A DNA stretch of 64,000 nucleotides, taken from positions 526 through 64,525 of the forward strand of contig MNEX01000110.1 of assembly GCA_001917905.1 (NCBI GenBank). The letters run 5' to 3'. Numbering within the stretch: the first letter of the stretch is position 1; every line of letters begins with the position of its first letter. This DNA is from Acidobacteria bacterium 13_1_40CM_65_14 (GTDB lineage Bacteria > Acidobacteriota > Vicinamibacteria > Vicinamibacterales > CAVVIG01). The notes beneath the pieces are model-generated. The model was not told the DNA's origin. It searched no databases and worked only from the letters and a program-made list of their open reading frames with translations. This document shows positions 45,778 to 53,700 of the stretch, in pieces. The position numbers and the translations under genes are program-made.

Positions 45778-46281
45778 TCACCTCCACGAAAGTACCGTCT
45801 TGAATGCGACGAATCCCATCAATGTGATCACGGCAAGCGCAAGAAACCGAATGCTCAGACGCAGCCATCGGGCTTTCAGTCCATTCGCGAGAGCGTTAAC
45901 TTCCGTCGCGCGATCGAAAAAATCTGCCATCGACGCGAGGACAGTCAGCTCATCCTGCTCACCGAGAGCATCGACGATGACCCGTGGTTGAGGATACGTC
46001 CGATACTCGGTCACGGAAATAGCTGAAACGCCACACGCCACCGCTATAAACAGGAAAACGCCGCTGCCGGCATAGAGGCCGATGGCCGTCCAACCGCGCC
46101 AATCGGCCCTCACGAACAACGTGTCCACCGACGCGTCCTTGAGCACGAACACAAGAAGTGCGCCGGCGACCGCGAAGACAATTTGTGCCTTGCGATCATA
46201 CGATTCGACGCGCCGGTGCTCGTCGTCGAAAGTCTCCTTCGCGATGTTGTAAATGAGCCGGTATATCTCGAGTGCCGCCAC
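45778..46281 (-). CDS. Three-TM membrane protein of unknown function (weak resemblance to DUF5706/SLATT-like small TM effector modules)
   Basis: 167 aa with a GTG start. The N-terminal cytoplasmic helix ends in [20 protein letters not shown], followed by two more TM segments. A 60-nt sample I counted is 53% GC, well below the flanking sequence. Confidence 0.6.
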   Translation of the reverse strand: MAALEIYRLIYNIAKETFDDEHRRVESYDRKAQIVFAVAGALLVFVLKDASVDTLFVRADWRGWTAIGLYAGSGVFLFIAVACGVSAISVTEYRTYPQPRVIVDALGEQDELTVLASMADFFDRATEVNALANGLKARWLRLSIRFLALAVITLMGFVAFKTVLSWR

Positions 46282-46285
46282 CCGG

Positions 46286-47724
46286 CTACTCCCACTCGAT
46301 CGTCGATGCGCGACGAGATGCGTGCGAGCAGGTCGTGCGGCAGGCGCGCCCAGTCAGCCGTCATGCCGTCCTTGCTCTCGACCGCGCGAATCGCGGCGGT
46401 GTATTCGTAGGTCCGCTCGTCACCCATCACACCGACGCTCTGCACTGGCAGCAGCACCGCGAAGCTTTGCCACAGACGCGCGTACCAGCCCTCGCGCCGC
46501 ACTTCCTCCGCGACGATCGCGTCGGCCCGCCGCAACAGGGCGAGGCGATCCGGTGTCACCGCGCCGAGAATCCTGACGGCCAATCCAGGCCCGGGAAATG
46601 GCTGGCGGACGACGAATTCCTCGTCCAGTCCGAGCTGACGGCCGACGACCCGGACTTCGTCCTTGAAGAGCTCGCGCAGCGGCTCGACGAGCGTCATGCG
46701 CATGCGATCGGGCAGGCCGCCGACGTTGTGGTGACTCTTGATGACCGACGATTGTCCGACAATCGCAACCGATTCGATGACGTCCGGATACAGCGTCCCT
46801 TGAGCGAGAAAATCGACCCGACCGAGGTTCGTCGCTTGCTCCTCGAACACGTCGATGAACGTCGCACCGATGATTTTGCGCTTCTGTTCGGGATCGACGA
46901 CGCCGGCGAGTCGATTGAGAAACAGCTGCGATGCATCGACGAACACGAGTGGAAGCTGCAGTCGCTCGAAGCGCTTCCGTACCTGACTCGCTTCGTCGAG
47001 TCGCAGGACGCCGTTGTCGACGAAGACGCACGTCAGCTGATCGCCGACGGCGCGACGAATGAGCAACGCCGCGACCGTCGAGTCGACGCCGCCGCTCAGC
47101 GCGCAGACGACGCGTCCGCTGCCTACTTGCTTTCTGATCCGCGTCGTCGCCTCGTCGACAAACGACGCCATCGTCCAGTCGCCGGTGCAGCCGCAGACGC
47201 CGAACGCGAAGTTACGCAGGATCTCGAGGCCGCGCTCGGTGTGCACGACCTCCGGATGGAACAGCAACGCGTAGAGCTGGCGCTCCGGATGCGCCATCGC
47301 GGCCACAGGCGCATTCGCGCTGGTCGCGACGACGGCGAAGCCAGCCGGCGCGGCGGCGACGAAGTCACCGTGGCTGGCCCACACGCGGATCTCGTCGGGC
47401 ACCTCGCTGAACAACGCGGCCGGATCGGGCCGGCGCGACGCGACCGCCGAGCGCGTCCGCCATCAACTGCATGCCGTAGCAGATGCCGAGCACCGGTTTG
47501 CCGAGGTCGTAGACCTGCGGATCGCATTTCGGCGCGCCCGGCTCCGACACGCTCTTGGGTCCGCCCGAGAGGATGATCCCCACCGGATTCCGCGCGCGGA
47601 TTTTTTCGATCGGCGTGTCCGGCGGCCACACTTCCGAGTACACCGACAGTTCTCGCAGCCGCCGAGCGATGAGTTGGGTGTACTGAGAGCCGAAATCCAG
47701 AACGATGATGGTTTGGTGGTTCAC
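46286..47724 (-). pseudogene. guaA: GMP synthase (glutamine-hydrolysing) interrupted by two frameshifting deletions
   Basis: GATase part [20 protein letters not shown]...[17 protein letters not shown] is in the frame of 47724. VWASHGD...[12 protein letters not shown]...ARISSRI is in the frame of 47414. The canonical end TIEWE-stop (46286-46303) is in a third frame. About 10 aa are missing near 47425-47440 and about 20 aa near 46300-46310. Confidence 0.75.
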
Positions 47725-47812
47725 CTAGTGGAGTGTCTCTTCCAAATTACTACCGGGCCGCTCCGATGTCGCGGCCCGAAAATCGCGGTCGAAGGCTCGT
47801 GGTGACTAGTAC
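47725..47812 (-). promoter_or_regulatory. Conserved leader/promoter element, copy 2, abutting the guaA GTG
   Basis: The minus strand reads GTACTAGTCACCACGAGCCTTCGACCGCGATTTTCGGGCCGCGACATCGGAGCGGCCCGGTAGTAATTTGGAAGAGACACTCCACTAG-GTG. It contains an 8-bp stem CGGGCCGC/GCGGCCCG. Confidence 0.6.
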
Positions 47813-47866
47813 TCATCCAGCTGATGCCGCCCACTAGGAGCCTGAGGTTAACGCTATTATAACGGT

Positions 47867-49078
47867 GTGTCCGATCGGCTCACCACAAGATGTTGTAGTG
47901 CACTTGCCCTGATCGCTTCGTGCTCGTTGGCGTTTTGCGGGCAGGCGGCCGGGCCCGCGCCCTTTCCGACGCCGCGCGCGCACAAAGGCAAGATCGACAA
48001 CACGCCGCCCGCGCTTCTTCCGATCCGAACGGTGTGGACGCTTGCGCTGAAGAACCCGCTCGCCTTTGCGCCGGCGTACGACAAGACGCTTGCGTTCTTC
48101 CCCATCGCCGGCGATCGCGTCGCCGCGTACGATCTTCCGACGGGAAAACAGCAATGGCTCGTGTCCGCTCGACCGCAGAGCGATCCGGTGGCCGGTGACG
48201 GATTGCTGTTTCTCGTCGAGCCGGACACGCTGATGGCGCTGCGCGCCAGTGACGGCGGCGTCGCGTGGCGGCTGCCGTTTGCGGAACCTCTCGCAGTTCA
48301 TCCCGTGTGGGACAACGGCTGGCTGATCGTGGCCTCGAAGGCCGGATCGATTCTGGCCTTCCGCGCAACCGATGGTCAGTTGATCTGGTCGCACGACGTC
48401 GGCTCGCCCGCTCACGCGCTGCCGGCACTCGCCGCGGATCGCGTCTACGTCCCAACTGGAGACGGACGCGTCGTCGCCCTGCGCGTCGATACTGGCGCAC
48501 CGGTCTGGGAGCGCCGGCTCGGCGGCCCGCCCGATGACATCCTCGCGCTCACCGATCGCGTGTACGTCGGATCGGAGGACAACTACTTCTACTCACTGGC
48601 GACGAAAGATGGACGCGTCGACTGGCGATGGCGCACCGGCGGCGACGTCATCGGTCTTCCACTCGTCGACGAACATCGGGTGTACTTCGTCGCGCTCGAT
48701 AACGTCCTCCGCGCGCTCAATCGCGACTCGGGCGTGCAGCAGTGGATGCGAGCGTTGCCGCTGCGGCCGATGACCGGCCCGACTCGAGCGGGCTCGACGA
48801 TTGTCGTGACGGGGCTCGCTCCCTCGCTGCGAGCGTTCAATCTGTCGGATGGGGCCGCTGCCGGGGAGATTCCGGCGGCGCCTGAAGTCGGCGCACCGCC
48901 GTACGTCTTCGACGATTCGGTGACGAAGCTTCCACAGCTTCTCTACGTGACGCGCGACATCGCCGCCGGCGCGACGGCCACGCTCGTGACGCACAGTTTC
49001 GAGCCGACGATGAGTCCGGTGAGTCCGCTGCCCAACCTGATCACGTTCGGACCGCCGGCTCCCGCGACAACAAAGTAG
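47867..49078 (+). CDS. PQQ-like beta-propeller repeat protein (BamB-like outer-membrane assembly lipoprotein candidate)
   Basis: GTG start, a signal/lipobox-like CSLAFCG, and repeated motifs of the type DG..W...: ASDGGVAWR, ATDGQLIWS, VDTGAPVWE, TKDGRVDWR and RDSGVQQW. Confidence 0.7.
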   Translation: MSDRLTTRCCSALALIASCSLAFCGQAAGPAPFPTPRAHKGKIDNTPPALLPIRTVWTLALKNPLAFAPAYDKTLAFFPIAGDRVAAYDLPTGKQQWLVSARPQSDPVAGDGLLFLVEPDTLMALRASDGGVAWRLPFAEPLAVHPVWDNGWLIVASKAGSILAFRATDGQLIWSHDVGSPAHALPALAADRVYVPTGDGRVVALRVDTGAPVWERRLGGPPDDILALTDRVYVGSEDNYFYSLATKDGRVDWRWRTGGDVIGLPLVDEHRVYFVALDNVLRALNRDSGVQQWMRALPLRPMTGPTRAGSTIVVTGLAPSLRAFNLSDGAAAGEIPAAPEVGAPPYVFDDSVTKLPQLLYVTRDIAAGATATLVTHSFEPTMSPVSPLPNLITFGPPAPATTK

Positions 49079-49110
49079 CCTACCGCCTGGTGGCGTCCGC
49101 TAGAGAGGAT

Positions 49111-49219
49111 GTGAAGAAATCACGTGAACGCAAAGGCCGCTAAGACCGCAAAGACGAATCTTTTCGAAAAAGATGCTTTGCGCGCTTTGCGATCTTTGCG
49201 TTCAACGTGATTCTTTCAC
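49111..49219. repeat. Hairpin with tandem-heptamer arms (CGCAAAG-type) downstream of the BamB-like gene
   Basis: Left arm GTGAAGAAATCACGTGAACGCAAAGGCCGCTAAGACCGCAAAGACG and right arm GCTTTGCGCGCTTTGCGATCTTTGCGTTCAACGTGATTCTTTCAC. The loop is the palindrome-like AATCTTTTCGAAAAAGAT. Confidence 0.85.
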
Positions 49220-49224
49220 AAGCG

Positions 49225-49719
49225 CTAAAGCCTTCGCGCTATGTCCGTCAAAGCTTTCGCGCTCCGATCGACATGTTCGCGGACGGCCTTGGCGAGACGG
49301 CGGATGCCCTCTTCGATCCGCTCGTGCGACGGCGCGGAGAACGCGAGCCGCGCGAAGCTGCTGCGCCGCCCGTCGACGAAAAACGCGCTTCCAGCCACAT
49401 AGACGACGCCGTGCGCGACTGCGCGGTCGAGAAGCGCGTCAGTGTCCACCTCGCTCGCGAACGACGCCCAGAGAAAGAAGCCGCCCTCTGGCTGGGGCCA
49501 CGACATGAGATCGCCGAGCTCGCGACCGAGCGCCCGTTCCATGACGCATCGCTTGGCCTGGTCGTAAGTCCAGGCGAAGATGTCAGGCGCCGGGAACCCC
49601 GGAGCGAACGAAATCAGGTCCGGCACTCGCAGGCCGAGCGCGCCCATCTTCCGGATGGCCGATTCCTGCATCGTGGCCGCCGCGCGCGAAAACACTCTGT
49701 CGTAATTGATAACCGGCAT
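49225..49719 (-). pseudogene. Remnant of a class I/II (LysN/2-aminoadipate-type) PLP aminotransferase lacking about 250 central residues
   Basis: The N-terminal roughly 50 aa (MQESAIRKMG...LISFAPGFPAPDIF) are joined in frame directly to the C-terminal roughly 110 aa (WPQPEGGFFLWASF...ARLAFSAPSHERIEEGIRRL). The PLP-lysine region is absent. Confidence 0.7.
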
Positions 49720-50650
49720 AGAGGGTGATGTAGGCGCCGAGCGCCGTGAGACCGAGATACTGGAACACGAGGCCGCGCAGCAGCAGCGCGGCGAGCTGCA
49801 GCGGGAAGACCGCGAGGCCGACGAGCGGCACGAACGCAATCAGCCCGACGCCCGACCACGCGAGCGCCGACGCGACGGTGGCCGCGATGACGAGTGCGAA
49901 AACGATGACGAAGACTCCGGCGAGCGGGCGGAACTCGGCGCGCACGAAGCGCGCCACCGCGCGGGCGGCACGGCCGACGCCGACGCCTTCCACCGCCATC
50001 GCAATCTGCGTCAGCAGATACAGCAGGTTGACGAGCGTGATCCACGCGACGAGCGCCGCGGCGGTGACCGCCGCGATGAAGGTCCACCCGACAATCAGCA
50101 CTCGTCCGCTGACCGCCTGATAGCCGCGAACGATCACGATCAGATAGCTGCCGACCGACAGCGCGTAGACGCTCATCAGCAGCAGCCCGAGCACGAGATA
50201 CGAACGGAAGAGGCGCGCGCAGCCGTCGGTGAACCGCTGCAGCGTGAAGCGCGACGCGCCACGCAGATTCTCAAAGGTGATCGGCTCGCGCTCGATCGGG
50301 CCAGCGGCGCTGTTGGCGGCGAGCAGCACGTCCACCGTGCCGCCCTTGACCAGGAACATCAGCACCGACCCGCCCAACAGCACGACGCTGAACGCGGTCA
50401 TGAAGGCCACGAACGCGACCGGCTCGGAGAGCAGCGTGCTCGCAATGGTCGTGAAGATGTCGCGCAGACTGCCCTGCAGCAGATCCGCGAGGTCGGCGCC
50501 GAGCAGCACCGCGACGAGGATCGCGGCACCGAGGATCGGCACGGCGAGCAGCACCTGAAACGTCGTCTCGGCGACGAACTGAATCGCGACCGTCTGCCAG
50601 TTCGCGGCGGCGAGCAGCGCGCCGCGCTTGAGCAAGTGCTTGAGGTCCAA
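49583..50650 (-). CDS. Multi-pass membrane protein of unknown function
   Basis: 355-aa hydrophobic ORF with about 8 predicted TM segments and a TTG start. Its last roughly 45 codons run out of frame into the aminotransferase remnant. Confidence 0.6.
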   Translation of the reverse strand: MDLKHLLKRGALLAAANWQTVAIQFVAETTFQVLLAVPILGAAILVAVLLGADLADLLQGSLRDIFTTIASTLLSEPVAFVAFMTAFSVVLLGGSVLMFLVKGGTVDVLLAANSAAGPIEREPITFENLRGASRFTLQRFTDGCARLFRSYLVLGLLLMSVYALSVGSYLIVIVRGYQAVSGRVLIVGWTFIAAVTAAALVAWITLVNLLYLLTQIAMAVEGVGVGRAARAVARFVRAEFRPLAGVFVIVFALVIAATVASALAWSGVGLIAFVPLVGLAVFPLQLAALLLRGLVFQYLGLTALGAYITLYAGYQLRQSVFARGGHDAGIGHPEDGRARPASAGPDFVRSGVPGA

Positions 50651-50653
50651 GTC

Positions 50654-50757
50654 GTTTTCTATGCTCGCGAGGCCCCACCCCGCTCGCGGCTCGCTCGGCG
50701 GCGCCGCGTTGCGCGGCGCTTCCCTCCGGCGCCTCGCTCGGGCCGCAGGCGCTTTTC
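50654..50757 (-). repeat. Dispersed element B, copy 5, ending 3 nt before the TTG start at 50650
   Basis: The minus strand reads AAAGCGCCTGCGGCCCGAGCGAGG...GAGCGAGCCGCGAGCGGGGTGGGGCCTCGCGAGCATAGAAAACGACTTG. Confidence 0.75.
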
Positions 50758-50789
50758 ACTATAGCACCCGTGTATTCTTAGATCTCACC

Positions 50790-53700
50790 GTGTCCGTCAT
50801 CCTGCGTGTGGCCCGAGCGGGGCTCGTCGCCGCACTGCTCGTCGCCCTCGTCGGCTGGGCGTCCGAGCGTCAGCGCTTCGGCTCCTCGGACCAGGCCGCG
50901 CTCGCACGCGTGGAGCGCGAGCTGCGCCAGCGCTTCGACGCGAGCGCCGACACGCTCGGCAGCCTGGCGGCGCGCGTGGCGTCCAACCGCGAGGCCTTTG
51001 GCGCGGCGCCGCGCGACGCCGCGGAGGTCAAGCGGCTCTTCGACGCTTGCGCCGCCGCGATTCCCAGCGATCAGGCGGGGCGCACCGGCATCAGCATCTA
51101 CGACCCGACGGCGGCGCCGCTCGCGTGGGCCGGCCGCGTCTCCGACCTCCCGCGGGCTCGCATCGACGGTCCCGCGGCCTTGTTCGTCGCGCCCGGCGCG
51201 CTCGGACCGCGACTCATCCGGATCGAGCCGGTGATGAACGGCGATCGATCGTCTGCGGTGCGCCTCGCGACGGTCGTCGTGGAACAAACACTCGGCACGG
51301 CAGCCGGCGCGCCGGGCCCCGCGGACAGCTTCGTTCTGGCCACATCGATCGCCCCAGCGGCGGTACGAACACCACTCCCAATCTCCAATCAACAATCAAT
51401 CCGCAATCCGCAACCCGCAATCCGCACTGACAGCACCGGTCCGTACTCCTTCGTGATCCCGTCGCCGAATGGCGGTGTGCTCGTTGAGGCGGCGGTGTCA
51501 CCGCAGGACCTTGCGTCCGCGCGCGACGGCTGGTCGCGCGGTGTGCGCGCGACCGTCATCTCGGTGCTGGGCGTGACGCTGCTCCTCTGCGCCTGGCCCA
51601 CCGTCGAACTGCGTCGGCGGACGCCAAGCGCGCGAACGTTCCTCCTCGCCACGGCCGCGACCATCGCGATGTTGCTCGCCGCCCGCTTCACGTTCTGGAT
51701 CGCCGCGGCTGCGGTCGTCGATGCGCTGGGCGCCGGATCTCCGCTCAATCTGCTGCTCACCGCGCTGACCACGGCCGCGCTCGCGTGGCTGGCGATCGAT
51801 CTCATCGAGCGGCGGCGGCTCGCCCGGCCGCGGCCGCGCGTCTTGACCCCGTCGCTGCCCGTGGGCGCGTTGTGGACCGCCGCGTTTGCCATGGCGGGGC
51901 TCGCCGGCACGTGGCTCGTCTGGCTCTACGAACGGATCGTGCAGAGGGTGATATCGCACACCGATCTCGACCTCCTGCACTTCTCCCTGCATCCGATTAG
52001 CGCTGCGCGGCTCGGACTGACCTGCGCGCTCGTGCTGCTCGACGCCGCGATCATCTGGAGCGCCGCCGCAATGATTCGCGTGCCGGCGCTGGTCAGCCGT
52101 CCGCCGCGGAGCCGGACGTGGCGCGCCGGCGCCGCCGTGGCGTGGATGGCGGGCGTCGTGCTCGCCACCTTCGTGCTGCGCCTGCCTGGACCGCCCGTGC
52201 CGGTCGGGCCGCTCTGGATCGCGATGCTGGCGGCGGGCGTGTCCGCGATCGTGCTCGCGCGCATCGGCAGCAAGCTCCGGCGGGCGTCACAAGCGGCGCG
52301 GCTCGTCGCCGTCTTCCTCGCACTTCTCGTTCCGGCGGTGGCGATGTATCCGTCGCTCTTCGCCTATGCGACCGAGGCCAAAGAGCTGCTGATCGCCGGC
52401 GAGTACGGGCCGCAGGCGCTGCGCCAGCGAGACGATTTGAAGTTGCGGCTCGCGCACACGCTCGATCAGATCGACGCGCTGCCAACACTCCGGCAGTTCG
52501 TGACCGCGTCGGGAATCTCGAATGGCGCCGCGGGCCCCGCGCCGACCACGGACCGCGCGTTCTTCGTCTGGTCGAAGACGGATCTCGCCACCTACCGCTT
52601 GACGTCCGCCATCGAGCTGTACGGCGCCAACGGCCGTTTGGTGGATCGTTTCTCCAACCTGCCGGAATACACGGCTGCGCCGTACTTCGCGACGAGTTGC
52701 AGCTGGGAGCCGGTCGCCGAGGTGTCGCCATTCGGCTCGGCGATTCGCCAAGTGCTGCGCGCGAGCCGCGGCATCTGTGAGCGCGGCCGGCCGATCGGCG
52801 CCATCGTCGTGCGCGCGATGCTCGACTATCGGACGCTGCCGTTCATTTCCTCGCAAAGCCCGTATCTGGAATCGCTCCGGCCGAACCGCGAGGCGCGGGC
52901 CGAAGGCGTCTTCGGCCGCGACGTGGAATTCGTGGTGTACGGGTGGAGCCGCGCGCCGCTCTTCAGCTCCGGCACCAGCGTCTGGCCGCTGCCCGATCGC
53001 GTCTTCGAGCGGATGGTGGAGTCGCGCGAGCCGTTCTGGGACGAGTTGGAGCGCGACGAGCGCCAGTACCGCGTGGATTTTCTCAACGATCGCGGGGGGA
53101 TCTACGCGCTCGGCTACCCGGTCATCACGTGGTTCGGCCACGTCATCAACATGGCCGAGCTCGTGACGCTGACAGGCGTCCTGTATCTCGCGCTGCTCCT
53201 CGGCGCCACGCTGTTCAACCTGCTCACGTCGCGGACGCCAGCGAGCGGCCGCGCGCTGCTGCGCGAGGTGCGGTCCAGTTTCTATCGCAAGTTGTTTCTC
53301 GCGTTCTGGGCCGTGGCGGTCGTACCGGTCGCCATCCTCGCGATCGGCACGCGGACCTATGTCGCGGCGCAGCTCCGCGCGAGCACCGAGGAAGCGGCGG
53401 CCAGGACGGTGACGGTCGCGCAACGCCTGGTCGAGGACTACGCGTCGCTCCAGCAACGCGGTCCCGGTTCGCTGACGACGATCGACGATCAAATCATGGT
53501 GCTCGTACGGCGCGCGATCGACGAAGACGTGAACCTCTTCGACCGCGACCACCTGCAGGCGACCAGTGCTCGCGATCTGTTCGCCACGCAGCTCCTGCCG
53601 ATGCGGACGCCGGGCGACGTGTACAAGACGATTCTGCTCGACCGGATGCCCACCTTCGTCGGCGAAGAGCAGGTTGGCGATCTGACGGCATATCGCCTCG

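Noticed and set aside
47725-47866. Sigma-54 promoter (TGGCAC-N5-TTGC) in the guaA / BamB-like divergent region and in 5053-5237
   Set aside because: No GG-N10-GC arrangement with the right flanks was found. TGGAAGAGACACTCC is not a convincing match.
49117-49132. parS-like core (AAATCACGTGAACG) inside the hairpin
   Set aside because: Only the central TCACGTGA(A) matches the TGTTNCACGTGAAACA consensus. The flanks do not match, and the sequence is part of a repeat arm mirrored at 49202-49215.
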